From Hypanus sabinus (lineage: Eukaryota): DNA of 64,000 nucleotides. The position numbers and the translations under genes were made by a program. Where the stretch lies: contig NC_082732.1 of NCBI RefSeq assembly GCF_030144855.1, forward strand, positions 23,622,001 through 23,686,000, written 5' to 3'. Under the pieces are notes generated by a model, which searched no databases, was not told the DNA's origin, and worked only from the letters and a program-made list of their open reading frames with translations. Shown here in pieces: positions 1-12,660 of this stretch. Numbering within the stretch: position 1 is the first letter of the stretch; each line of letters starts with the position of its first letter.

Positions 1-364
1 TTATTCTTCATTTTAGCACCTCTTGGCAGTGGTGCTGACACCATATACGGGTTAGTTTTCCTGGGTTTTTGGAAGCAGTGGGAAAGGGCTCAACCATCAG
101 TCACCCACCGCTTTCCTTTCTTTGAATTCACAAAATAGGTTTTCCAATTTGCATTATTTAGCAATAGGGCCTCACTCATACGCACCACTCCGTGCTTATG
201 TACTTGCATGTACTTTGTTCACTTCAATGGCAAATAACACCAACTCATCTAAGCTGTCATTTGACAGTTTCACAATTACGAACAACTCTGTTAGTCCACT
301 TTGTATAAATGAGCACAATTCCGCAGATATGTTGATACAAAATTTAATTTGAATGTTTTCTCAC

Positions 365-449
365 CAGTAGTATCGTATGCCGGTGCAACCTCAACCAAAT
401 CACAGCCGACTATTTTCATCCCCCGACACCCTCGGATAATTTCCAAAGC
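365..449 (-). CDS. AGMAT: AGMAT exon 6 (85 bp; ALEIIRGCRGMKIVGCDLVEVAPAYDTT)
   Basis: Not in the ORF track; read manually. Acceptor CACAG|GCT, donor G|GTGAG; ureohydrolase GxDLVEVxPxYD motif. No final exon recognised in 1-364. Confidence 0.93.
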
Positions 450-669
450 CTGTGAACACACAAGGAACCGCTTTCTATTTCCACATTACATTCACAATTT
501 AATGAATGATCTGAGTAGCCAAGAAATTTTCCTTTTAACCTGTAATATTGTTAAGACCGTTCTGTCAAATGTTCCACATATTTCGGTGGCCACGCAATTG
601 GAAAGTTGGGTCATAATCAGTTTAGGTTGGAGGCAGTGTTGTTTAAAACATGGATGCAGTGAGTAATTA

Positions 670-1170
670 TGAAATTAACAATGTTGTCCATGGCAAGGGG
701 AGTTGAATACAAAAAGAGGAAGTTATTCTTTTATGTTAGGTGTAGATGAGACTACAGCTGGAGTCTCCTTATTCAACAAAGAATGTTATTGCATTGGTGG
801 CAGTTCAGAGATGGTTTTAACACACTAATATCTGGAGTGGGAGACATTAGGACTAATGAGGCTTGTACTTGCTGGAGTTTAGGAAACTGAAAGAACCTGA
901 GTGGGAGAGTCTAGAACTAGAGTTCACGAGTTGAAATTGTAACATCAAAATAATGGAGTTACTTTTTTCTCAGAGTCTTGAGTCTTTGGAACGTTCCTCA
1001 GAAGGAAGCAGAGTCTTTGAATATATTTTAAGGCAGAGATAGCTAGGGAATATAATCAAGGTTGCTAGAAGTGGTCACGTAGAGTAAGGATACAATCAGC
1101 CCATTAAATGGTCGAGTAAGCTGGCGGGGAGGTGGGTGTTTGATTCCTGTTCTCGATTTTTCTGTAGCGT
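670..1170 (+). mobile_element. Degraded CR1-like LINE 3' fragment
   Basis: Recognisable CR1 RT C-terminal sequence (ggggagttgaatacaaaa..., gagtctagaactagag) similar to the better-preserved copy at 60910-61770. Confidence 0.65.
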
Positions 1171-1547
1171 GGAGTACTTCAGGTTTCAAATGATCAATGA
1201 ATGCATTCAGCACAATGGAAGGGCTTTCTTCAGATGAGATTTCATTCAGAACCCCATCTACTGGTTACATAAAGTATTTTGCAACATCATTTGTAGACAG
1301 AAGATTCTTTTCCCATGATCCCTGGGAGAACCAATACTACTGAAAAGGTCCTAAGACATTTACTACTCTGGGATAAAAAGCAATCAAATTGATATTATCA
1401 CCATTAATCTGATTTTTAAAAAAACTTTTGTGGAGATAAATGTTTGAAAATTAATCTTCAAGTTATCACTTGGAAAAACTCATAACGGTGAACCCACTTG
1501 TCAACCATGGTTCGTCCTACCGTGGGGTGTTTGTTGTGCTTAGTTAC

Positions 1548-1727
1548 CTGACTTGGTTGAAGACCTGCAATCTCTGGAGTTCCAGTTCCGGGTGCAAAGG
1601 CTGGGTCCAGTCCATCAATATCAAAGCTGATGTACACAGGGCCGTCTCCCATTTGTTGCCTCACCTCATTCATTAGTGGAGCAAGGGAACGTAGCCAACA
1701 GTCCTGTCCAGTAACTACACGGAAACC
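1548..1727 (-). CDS. AGMAT: AGMAT exon 5 (180 bp)
   Basis: GFRVV...YISFDIDGLDPAFAPGTGTPEIAGL: second Mn-binding motif SxDxDxxDP of the arginase/agmatinase family; CAG|GGT acceptor, CAG|GTAAC donor. Confidence 0.96.
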
Positions 1728-2397
1728 CTGGAAACAATAAATGTCCAGGGGAAAAGGACTGATAGAATTTTTCTTAAACAATTACAAATCATGGGTTTAA
1801 ATGAACTGACTACATGTACTGCAGAAGCAAAAGATTAATATCTAAACATAAAACAGATTGAGGACCAAAAGTGTTAATTCCATGATTTGTTTCAAACCTT
1901 CTTTCCCTCTGTTAACAACTTTGTTGTACTCCTCACTATTACAGTTCTGAATCTTACAACATTTTCCCTGTTAATGTACTTGATTAATATTTATGGACAC
2001 TTTTTTATGTGCTGCCTCCTTGCTCATGCTCGTGTTGGCCTCTCTTTCTTCCATTCTACCATCATGTAATGAATTTTGTCCATACTTCTGTGAACAAAAT
2101 ATCATCTATAATTTTTCCCCTTTGCTGTTTACTCCATTTTGATCATCCAGAAACCTTTGCTTTTTAATTTCACTCCCCAGCTCCATCATGAGAATGTACC
2201 TAGATGAAACATTTCCACTCAAAAGTGCTACCCCTCCCCCTTCAATTACAGTTTTGCCTACCGACTTTGATATTATTGAATAGCTGAGCAGGCTCTGTGG
2301 GCCAAATGGCCTACTCCTACTCCTATTTCTTATGTTTTAGGAGAAAATAAAGTCAAAGGAGATAAGTATGTAAAAATGAATAGAAGCACACTTAGAG

Positions 2398-3465
2398 CAG
2401 TGGTTCCCAACCTTTTCTATGCCCCACACCCTTAGGAAATGTTTGATTAATGTTCGCACCCCCTACAAAAGTAATATCACATTTGAAGATGAATAAGTCT
2501 AATTTCTAAATTTTGAACCACATGCAATACTGCGGGTGAACAAATTGAACTTAAAAAAAAATAAGTTTCAGGACAAATTACAGGAACACAATTTCCTCAT
2601 AATCCAATATTATTTTTACTAGGTGATATTGAAGGGATAAAACCGAAACTCAAACTAAATAAGTATCAGAAAGAATTTATAAAAATTGCACTGGCAGTAG
2701 CCAAAAAAGCTATTGCAGTTACTTGGAAATCGGATACACATTTAAGTATAGATTCTTGGAAGAAAGAAATCTATGGTTGTATTCCATTAGAAAAAATTAC
2801 TTATAATTTAAGAGATAAATATGAAACATTTTTGAAAATTTGGAGCCCTTATTTACAAAAGACAGGATTAAATATATAGATGCTTTGAAGATGAAACAAT
2901 TGGTTATTAGGGGAAAGAAATAAATATACATATTAAAATTATTACGAATTCCATGGAGCATGTGGAGATCTTCCAACAACCAGGCATTCTTTCTTTCTTT
3001 CTTTTTTTCTATAGGGCAGTTAGGGGGGAGGGGGTATGGGTTATATACATTGTTTTTTTATACTTTGTAATCATTTAAAAATGCAATAAAAAAAGTTTAA
3101 AAAAAATAAGTTTTTAACTCAGTGCATAAAATGCAAATATTAATTGAGCAATTAGATTCTAATTTATTCAGAAAAAATTGTAAACAGTAAATTGATGAGA
3201 CTCCTCAACTCTGAGGTGTAACTCCCAGGTAACACTGATGAGAATCCTCAACGCTGACTCAGGCAGTGGGAGACTGGAGTGAGTTTACGTCTCTCTCGAC
3301 TTAGGCAGCGGGAGACTGGAGTGTGCTTGAGACGAACGTTAATACCACTTCTCAAGGCACACTGGCAGCTGGCTGAGTGATGACTCGTGACCTGTCACTC
3401 AAGCACACAAGCCACTCTTTGTCGCAACCCCTGGGGGTGCGGGCACCCCAGGTTGGGAACCCCTG
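2398..3465. mobile_element. Non-autonomous hAT (Charlie-like) DNA transposon
   Basis: TIRs CAGTGGTTCCCAACC / GGTTGGGAACCCCTG and an exact 8-bp TSD ACTTAGAG (2390-2397, 3466-3473). Confidence 0.9.
2569..3098 (+). mobile_element. 5'-truncated L1/Tx1-like LINE nested in the hAT element
   Basis: ORF2 C-terminus-like KKAIAVTWK...CIPLEKITY...FLKIWSPYL, AATAAA and A-tail; TSD (A)nTAAGTTT at a TT/AAAA site. Confidence 0.8.
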
Positions 3466-3531
3466 ACTTAGAGTTCACCTGACCAACCAGATAGCCATGT
3501 TATTAGCACTATAAGGGGAAAAATATGTTAC

Positions 3532-3727
3532 CTGTTCTCGGCCCCAAAGATAACCATCCAGTTCATAAGTAGAACCCCGGAGCCCGATCTGTACTACCCG
3601 TTTGCAGTCAAGCAATCCCTCATCCACACAGCGCCTGAATGGCGTCCCATGGCATATTTTCTCTCCAAGCACAATATCACTTGTGTCTGCGTGTGCGTCA
3701 ATATGAACCAATCCTACTGGACCATAT
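3532..3727 (-). CDS. AGMAT: AGMAT exon 4 (196 bp)
   Basis: YGPVGLVHIDAHADT...HGTPFRR...QIGLRG: DxHxD metal motif; canonical AG/GT ends and phase continuity. Confidence 0.96.
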
Positions 3728-4489
3728 CTGATTTTAAAAAGAACAAAAGACCATCACGGACAGCAAGTAGTGAGTGTTTAATTTCCCTCCTCCTTTACAT
3801 ATCCAGTTATTTCTTCTCTTGACTTTTCAAGTTATTTGAACAGCTGCCAAATGTTCTTCAGCTTTAGATTTTATACCATTTGTGGCAGGATTTTAACTGG
3901 TAAATCGCGGAGACAACCTTCCAGGAAAGAGGCAAGTTGGTCATTAAGTCTGCGTTTAGTTAATTGGTATAATCTCTGGACCTGCTTGTGCAAAACTACT
4001 GGCCCTGGTACCACATGATGGGAAATCAGAGCAGGATGCCCAACCCTGACAAATATCCACTAACCTATCCCGGAACAACATACAGAGTTGGCTGGCTATG
4101 ATGTTCCTTTGGTAGAATATGCAGTCTTGATTCATAACTAGTGACCATGGATAAAATACTGAAAGGGATATAGCTGCAGAAATAAACCTCAAAGTTTAAC
4201 ATATTCAGGGAAGAAGAGGAGAGATAAAGGATCGGAGGAAAATATATTTTCCTCTAAAATGTATTTTCCTCTGCACGGGTACCAACTGGGAAAGTTTCAG
4301 GTAAAACAAAGTAAAGTTGCCTTCCCACAGGCCAGCATACATTCCCAGGGGCATGTACAAGGAGAATCAGATTTAATATCACCAGCATATGTGGAGAAAT
4401 GCGTTAAATTTATGGCAACAGTACAATGAAAATACAACATTTAGGATGTCACATGCATTTCAATGACAATAATAAGCAGAAAAACTTAC

Positions 4490-4538
4490 TTGTCTACCAA
4501 TGCCTGTAGTATTGGGTATGTTATAGTGTGATCACCAC
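4490..4538 (-). CDS. AGMAT: AGMAT exon 3 (49 bp)
   Basis: GGDHTITYPILQALVD: GGDH motif; CTAG|GT acceptor, AA|GTAAGT donor. Confidence 0.95.
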
Positions 4539-4679
4539 CTAGGTCACATGAAACACATACAATTAGTGATTTCTGATATGCCCCATAACATGAATCAAAA
4601 TCCTTTTTTGCCTTCCTATAATTTATTAAGTTTTTCTTCCTACTCCCCAACTGACAGAAGGTGCCACACAGTTTCATAC

Positions 4680-4882
4680 CCATGGTGAGGGGTATACAGC
4701 CAGTGGATACAATCTTCTTAAAGGATTCCCTGATAATCTTGCAGCTCTCCTTCAGGTCATAAAGATTCACATTGATGTCACCAATGTCAGCCACCATCAG
4801 AGATTCAAAAGGGGCTGCCTTAGTACCACCGTTGTATGCTCTGACCATGGCTGACTCTGCTCGGATATGTCGAGGGCCGAAC
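4680..4882 (-). CDS. AGMAT: AGMAT exon 2 (203 bp)
   Basis: FGPRHIRAESAMVRAYN...VADIGD...GCIPLTM; TTTAG|G acceptor, G|GTATGA donor. Confidence 0.96.
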
Positions 4883-5499
4883 CTAAACAGAGAAGCAAAA
4901 AGGCAAGATATTCTACTGTGATTTGCAAATAATACCACTTGTAATTTTCTTTATCAACTTAAAACACTTAACATTTTGCTTGCAAATTTTCCTTTCAGCA
5001 GAGAGGAAAATACCACAGTCAACACCACACCCAAATATAGGGCAGCTACCCAGCTTCAATCGCTGAACAGGATGCCTTTGACTGCTTGCCCATATTTAGA
5101 GTCTGATTGACATCCTGCATGATGGATTGTTTGGAACAGGAGATTAGCACTGAATAGAAGAACCATTGTGCAATTTGATCATGGCAAATAACCTGCCCAA
5201 CCTGTAAAATCAGATGGGCAAGACAGTCTTAAGAACTCACTATTTATGATTAAGAATGTAATTGTAGTAATTATATTTAAACCAGTTAACCTGATGTTTT
5301 GGAGGTACTAAGTCAGAGACCAGCGTGACAAATAAATCTAAATTCAGTTAAATCATATAAATTGGAATACAAGGTCAGTGCTAGAGAGTGATTGTACTGA
5401 AACCATCTGTTGCATGAGTAATCTCTGGGAAAGAAAACATATCCTCTGTTTTTAGCCTGTCTTATATATACTCAGTGACAACTTTATTAGGTACATCTT

Positions 5500-5905
5500 G
5501 TATCTCATCAAGTAGCCACTGTGTGTGTTCATGGTCTTCTGCTGCTGTAGCCCATCCATTACAAGGTTCGATGTGTGTTCAGAGATGCTTTTCTGCACAC
5601 CACTACTGTAACACGTGGTTATTTGAGTTACTGTCAGCTTGAACCAGTCTGGCCATTCTCCTCTCATTAACACGGTGTTTTCACCCACAGAACTGCTGCT
5701 CACACCATTCTCTGAGACTGTTGTGTGATCCCAGGAGATCAGCAGGTTTTGAGATACTCAAACCATTCTGTCTAGCACCAACAATCATTCCATGGTTCAA
5801 GACATTTAAATCACATCCCTTCCCCTTTCTCATGCTTTGTCTGAACAGCAACTGAAACTCTTGACCATATCTGCATGCTTTTATGCATTGAGTTGCTGCC
5901 ACACA
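5500..5905 (-). mobile_element. Tc1/mariner transposon remnant
   Basis: GMIVGARQNGLSISKPADLLG is a typical Tc1 transposase N-terminal HTH segment; downstream part is broken. Confidence 0.75.
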
Positions 5906-8729
5906 ATGAAATGGAAGTCATTTTGTTGTACCAAACTAGTTCAACAAAATAAAATGGAGAAAATTAGGTCAGCCACCTAGTACCAACCAGGTATCAGGCG
6001 CAGACGTTGATGATAACAGGCTGGTCATCTATTGTTAAGAGAGTGTGATCCTTTATACTGACAATGGATCCAATGCACTCTTAAGCTGTCATGAATAATA
6101 CAAGCAGTGCTGAATGTCTCCTACTGCATGCAACTTGTGCCTTCCCGCTGACGAATCAGTGCTCATGTTGAATTCTGATACAGCAAAAAGAATACAGAAT
6201 GGGTGAGTGAGTTGATTTCCAAGAATGATGCAGTAGCAACACTACATTCTGAGAATTGAAGGACAAAGTTTCCAAAATGCACCTGTAGAAGCCGTGAAGG
6301 AAATAGGGAAACACCCTACTAATTGTTGCCATTCCACCAGCCACATATAGCTGTCCATTTAGCATTGATCATCTTATAGCAACTAAATCCAGTCTTCATT
6401 CTGAGGCACACTTCTTTGTAAAGTAGCCCTGCCACCATGCAGAATGGAGGAGATTCAGAACAAATTTTTGTAGCCTACAAATAGTTTCCATCAGCAAAGG
6501 CAGAATTGTCTCTTACTAGAACTGAACAATATGGCCTACTGTATTCTTCCCTCAATGATGCAGTCAATCCTGTTCAAGGAGAAGCATAGAAGGTCTATTA
6601 GGGGCTGCTGTATACCATGAAAATTTAAATATTTACCAGTCTGGAGAAGCTAGGATAGAGGATAAAGCAAAGGAATTGTCTGACAATGGTGCAAACCAAA
6701 ACTCTAGTATCGCCTCATTTAGTCAGGTACAATGCAATCAAACAACAGAAATAACATCTAACTTCATCTTTACCTTGCATGTGAATGAAAAAGATAGTAT
6801 GTTGTTAATGAGTCGTTGACCCATCTCATGATCATCCTGAGGTCCTACCATCATTCAGACAATTTGATTAGTCCACATAAAGTAACAAGTTGCAATATTT
6901 CACAGAGGAAAGGATCCCCAGATCTACGATCACACTTGTAACCACATTATTTTAGTATCCGCCCAAGGATGAAAACTTTTTATCAACATAAAGCAGGTGA
7001 AATGTGATCCAGTTGCCCATATTCCCAACAACCTCCACTGTCATTTACTAACTTTTGCTTTGATGGATGTTACCAAAGGTACCCACTCTCAGGTCTCATT
7101 ACATCATGGAGAAAAGATCTAAATATTGGATGAGTAATTTGGACATCAAAGCAGCAGCATCAAGGTGCCCTGGCTAATTTACAGTGAATGAGAATCAATG
7201 GGAAAGCTTCTCTGATTGGAATTGTACCCATAACAAGAAAGTTGGCTGTAGGTGTTTATGGCCATTTATCTCAATCAGAGAGAAATGCATCAATAAGACA
7301 TGTAAAATCTGCTTCTGCTGCTGTCAATGGGTCTGGATGTTGAGGAGCGACTCCAAGAGAAAAAGACCCAATAAACCTTGCTCCTTACCTCAAGATCTAT
7401 CATAATCATCTTCAACCCAGAGTCTATAGTGCAGGATGAGCCATGCTCACACAGAAGAAACTTTATAATCGGTAACCTTAAGGAAGAGGGCAAAAGGATG
7501 TATGATAGACCTATAAATCCGATGCTGGCCTATGCTATGAAAAGGCCCCTCACAGTCAGGTTTCAAACATTGGCAAGCAGTCTTTGACCCTGAAGGAACT
7601 AATAATGTCTCATTCCTTTGAATCCTATTTGGCTCTATGGGCCTAAATCAGCCCAGAACAGCTGGGAGTATACAGTGAAAGCTGGCAGAATATTAGGATC
7701 CTTGAGGAAAGGCATTCTGTTCATATACAAGCAGCTGTTGGGGTGGGGGGGGGAGGTGGAGAGAGAGTAAAAACAATGAAATTGATAACTCAGTGCTGTT
7801 CTTCATGCAAACCACAGGCAAATCTTGACCTTGAGTCAACAGGGTATTAATCAACATAAAATATAATCATGGGCCTCAGGGAGAAGGAGATGATGTGTCT
7901 TATCAAATAGTTCCCTGAACAGACTGTCAAAGCTGTTTGCAAATTGGCTCAACACCAGAAATCTCAAATAAATGCCAAGACTCTGCTTCGCTGTTCTCAC
8001 AGTTCTGGGGTCCTCATCCCGCACCATGAGGCAGCTGTGGTGTGGATGAGATTGTCATCCATCGCCTTGTGAACTGTCTGTAAAATAATGCAGAGGTCCT
8101 TGTCAATACTCATTATGAGACTGTGTGCATCTTGGGCAGCTTCCCGGGATGTGAACTGTGACAAACGTCTACTAGAAGATCATAAACTTGGTAAAAGATG
8201 CACTTTGACCTGCTTGAAAATTGCTGGTTGTCCAGTGCAAGCAGTTATCTGCATGGAATGCTGGCAACTGATGTAAGATACAGGAATACACACTGAGGGG
8301 ACACACATTCCTGGCACAGTCATTGCTGAAGGTGCTGCACAGTCTAGGGTCCTCTTGCTACCAGACACTATAATGATCTCACTGATAGAATGATTGGAAG
8401 CACAAGATAGATTCAGGACACCAAGCAGTCCTTCCAGGTGAGGCCTACCTACAAATCTGTTGGGGTCATCTAGTGCATCCGGTGCTCCTGATCTGTGAGA
8501 CCCAGCGTAAACTTGGTGACTGCTTTGTTGAGCATCTCTGTTCCATCTGTAAAAGTGGAATTTCCAACTGGCCAACATTTAAATTCGTATCCCCAGTCCT
8601 GTTCTGACATGTCACCCCATGGCTCCTCTTCTGCTATGATGAGGCCACCCTTAGGGTGGAGGAGCAACACCGCCTGTGCCGTATTGATAGCTTCTAACCT
8701 GATGGCATGAATATTGATTTCTGCTGGCA

Positions 8730-9125
8730 ACTATATTTTTTCTTTAGTTATCCACCCTATTCTAGCCTCTACCTCTTCCCCTTGCCTGCCTATCACTTCC
8801 CCCGGAGCCCTTTCTCCCATGGTCCATTCTCCTATCAGATTCCTTCTCCAGTCCTGTCTTTTCTACTTATCACCTCCCAGCTTCTTACTTCAAGCCCCCT
8901 CCCCAATCCCCACCAGCCTGGCTTCACCTAACACATTCTCGGTTGTCTTTGTTCCGCATTCCCCTCCTTTTTATTCTGGCATCTTCCCCCTTCCTTTCTG
9001 GTCCTGATGAAGGGTCTCAGCCTGAAACATCAACTGTTCATTCATTTCCACAAATGCTGAGTTCCTCCAGCATTTTATGTGTGTTGTTCTGTACTTCCAG
9101 CATCTCAGAATCTCTTTATGTTTAT
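8730..9125 (+). mobile_element. Penelope-like element 3' end / pseudo-LTR
   Basis: C/T-rich tract followed by the gtcctgatgaagggtctc...gaaac...gatgctg...gagttcctccagcatttt unit repeated across the window. Confidence 0.75.
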
Positions 9126-9559
9126 GACAAGTGGATGTCAAGTTGACATAATGCAGATATTGTTAGTGGATACCCTGATATACTTGGTACAGTGAATGAG
9201 GACGTTACAATGTTCTGCACTGCCTAATTTTATTTTTAGGGCAAAAGTAGAAGTTGTTAAGAATATTTGTAAAGACACTCCTAAGTCTAAACATCAAGTT
9301 TACAGTAGGATGTCTGTTCATGGTTGCACAAGCTTCTGTTCTACCACAACTTCTCAAATGCAGCAAGATATAGTTTAGGGCCAATAAATGTAACATTTGT
9401 CTCATTAACGACCTTGTCTCAAGGATGAAGAAAATGGAACTAGAGGTAGTCACATAAGAGCAATTGTTATACTTATGGTGGAACTTGAGTGATATGGATT
9501 GTTAAAAGCAGAGATTTAGAGAGAAACCATAATATATTCATATATTCATATATTCACAG

Positions 9560-10165
9560 AGGAGCTGGATTAGGCCATACCTCCTATTGAGTCTGCTCCG
9601 CCGTTCAATCATGGCTGCTTTATTCTTTTCCTCTCAAACTTATTGTCCTGCCCTCTCCCCATAAACTTCGACACCCTTACTAATAAAGAATCTACCAACT
9701 TTCTCTTTAAATGTACGCACTGACTTGGTCTCCACAGCTGCATATGACAATGAATTTCACAGATTCACTACTCTCCGGCTAAAGAAATACCTTCTCAAAT
9801 CTGTTCCGAGGCTCTGCATGTCCTGGAAACATCTCTCCATGTCCACTCCATCCAGGCCTTTCAATTTTCAGCAGATTTCAAAGAGGTCCCCCCATCCTTC
9901 TAGACTCCAGCAAGTACAGGCCCATCAAACACTCTTCTGATGTTAACCCTTATATAACTGGAATCCTTCCTGTTTACCTCCTCTGGATCCTCTCCAACAC
10001 CAGCACATCCTTCCTTAAATTCTTGATTGGTCATGGGATGAAGGGATACAGGGAGAAGGCTGGAGATTGGGGCTGAGAGGAAAATTGGATCAGCCATGAT
10101 GAAATGATGGAACAGCCTCGATGGGCCAAATGGCCTAATTCTGCTCCTACATCTTATGATCTTAT
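9560..10165. mobile_element. Two CR1-like 3' fragments in opposite orientation
   Basis: Minus-strand CR1 tail (9560-10020) abutting a plus-strand tail ending ggccaaatggcctaattctgctccta. Confidence 0.7.
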
Positions 10166-11294
10166 GGATGAACATAACAAATTACTGCTTTATGTACTGC
10201 CAGTTGATAGTAATCATTCAAATATCCTTAAATTAATTTGTCATGTTCTTGCTATCTATATATAAGTATAATTCTTTTCTGCGGTGTCGGTGTGATAATG
10301 GTGTATGAAACACCTCGTTAATTAGATTGCAGGAAACCTATCATACTTGAGCTCAGTCTGTCCTATTGCCATTTTATATGTTCCCAGGAGAAAGAATCTC
10401 AGGGTTGTATGTGGTGACATATACTGTATGTACTCTGACAATAAATTTTACTTTGAACTTTTTGGATTAGTATTTTAATGAAGCTCCTGTGAACTCCTTG
10501 GGGTGCTTTACTACCTTAACAGTGCAATACAAGTACAAATTGTCATTGTTGTTGAGAGATTACATCGTCAAAAGATGTGTTCAAACTAGCATTTATCACC
10601 TTTCAACCGAGCGGGCTACTGGTATATTTCAGGCGGTGATTAAGAATCAATTATGTGTGTGGAGTGACAACGGGCAGACGGACTAAAGGTGTCAGAATTC
10701 TTACCCCAAACTAAACGGGCTTTTAAACAATTTCAGACCTTTCATAGCTGGCGCTGACCCTTCAATTACAACTTCTGTCATTGTCTGTGTTCATTTTCTC
10801 CAGCAGCCGTACTGGCATTCTAACTTAGGATCCTCGACTGGGAGACGTGCCGTGATTTACACGCACTGCATCTGTTTATCGTTACGTATCCGTGCTCACT
10901 GGCAAGGATCTCTTCTGCATGGGCTCGTCCGTGGCCCCAATCTTTCTGATGCTGGTTTAGTTTCCCACCATTCACCTCCTACAGCGAAACTCAGTGTAAG
11001 CTCCAGGATCGCTGGGACTTTAAACACAGCAACCTCTGGAACCCAGCTCTGAATAACTGTTACGTTGATTCACCCTTCCAAATTCTATTCTCACTTTTTC
11101 GCACTTTCTACTCTTCTGGAACACCAGTTTATGTTCAGTTGCCATTATAATCTGCTACAGCTGTACCTTTTGATCATTACTCGCTTTTCTGTTGGCACAG
11201 GTCCCTTTTGCACCATTCAGTGGCTTCTGTGTTTCCGAATTAGGGGCTGATTGTACTCTTACAAATTACAACTGATTTCCTTCTTGTTCCATAC

Positions 11295-11542
11295 CTGGCA
11301 CCAGGGCGATTCGAGGTGCCGATGTCCAAAGGCACTCCGAGAAAGGCAGCATCCAAGCCCTGCGAGGAATCCTGCACTGGGAGCCGCATCATGGAGCAAA
11401 CTCCGACAGGACGTGCCACTTCCGTGGCGCTCTTGGGCACGTTCAGCCTTTTCGAGGAGAGACTCCGGCTGGACACTAGGCGCGGCAGCCACGGGCGGCC
11501 CCGCAGCACAGAAGGGACACGGCGAAAGAGAAACCCCTCCAT
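11295..11542 (-). CDS. AGMAT: AGMAT exon 1, coding part (mitochondrial agmatinase / guanidino acid hydrolase)
   Basis: ATG in strong context (AATATGG); Arg-rich, acid-poor presequence-like N-terminus, then GVPLDIGTSNRPGAR; donor AG|GTATGG, phase 2, joins exon 2 in frame. Confidence 0.95.
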
Positions 11543-11700
11543 ATTTACTGAGCGCTCCGACTTTTGACCGGCGCATGGCAGTCCAGCTTAAAGGCGCATT
11601 ACCGCCGCTGTCTGGCTTGAGTTGGGTAATAAAACCCCTCCGAGTTTTCATTTGCGAAGAAAAATAATTTCAGAACGTAGTGACATTATACGTAACCACT
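11543..11700 (-). promoter_or_regulatory. AGMAT 5' leader / proximal promoter (CpG-rich)
   Basis: Local CpG enrichment against an AT-rich, CpG-depleted background; partial NRF1-like GCGCATG at 11571-11577. TSS not determinable. Confidence 0.55.
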
Positions 11701-11829
11701 GAAACTAAATTACCCTCAAAAGCCCTATAGATTGTAAATAATGAAATACAATATTGTGAATTAAAGTCACTTCCATAACTTAGTTTTTAAACGAAAACCA
11801 TCAACTCGCAAAGCTAGTAGTGCCGCCTG

Positions 11830-12660
11830 CATTTGCTTTCCTTCAACCTTAAAGCTTCACATTGCAAAAGAACGTGTTCAACTGTTTCATGCGCACCCCA
11901 GAGTGAGTTTCCCAACAAAATACAAGGAATAATTAAGCATAATACCTGTATGCTCAATTCTAAGCTGTGTCAATATAATTCCTCCCTTTCTTGTGTTACC
12001 CCTTCTCCCATCAATCCACCAGATTCATGTATTCTGTAAGAGGTGTCTCCCCTAATGCCCATTATTCCACAAATCTTGCCATAACCCCCTAATTCTTGGC
12101 CCCATAGCTTTTGATTTGCTAAGAGGAAGGTCTATATCCACAGTCGAACTTTTTTTCACCAGCTATTTTTGGCTAAAATATCAACCCGATCATTCCCCTC
12201 CACGTGAGAAAATGACATGTAAACCAATACTTTGAATGTGAAATAAAGTTTGCGGAGCTTCCAGCAGTAACTCTAACCTGCTAAAATTACCCATTTTAAG
12301 GCTAATCACACCTGAAAAAGGGATTACAACCTTACAAGGACATATTTCCGCCACCCACTGCAAGCCCAAAATGATGGCAAAGACTGATAAATGGTAAGAA
12401 AGAGATTTCTTTATTGTTTCTTGTAATTCAGCCACATCAGCATTTCCAATTAAATTATCTTTTGATCCATCAGTAAAAATGGTTAACATCTCACAATAAT
12501 TTCCTTTAACATATTGGTGAACCAACAGACACTTTCGACTTTTGGACTTCATTAAATCATACAACCTAAAATCAACTAAAGTCATGTGGATGGGGGGGGG
12601 GGGGGGTGGCGGGAGAACAAGGTGGGGTCACCGAAAAAGCTACTGTGGGAGATATTGCAT
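11830..12660 (-). mobile_element. I/Nimb-clade LINE 3' fragment with RNase H domain
   Basis: IFTDGSK...AIILGLQWV (non-LTR RNase H) and a downstream ILTQLRIEHT motif; disrupted frame. Confidence 0.7.

Noticed and set aside
6000-8730. ORFs in AGMAT intron 1 (e.g. 8180-8578, 8470-8730)
   Set aside because: Look like ancient, decayed non-LTR retroelement sequence; I could not assign a family or gene with confidence.
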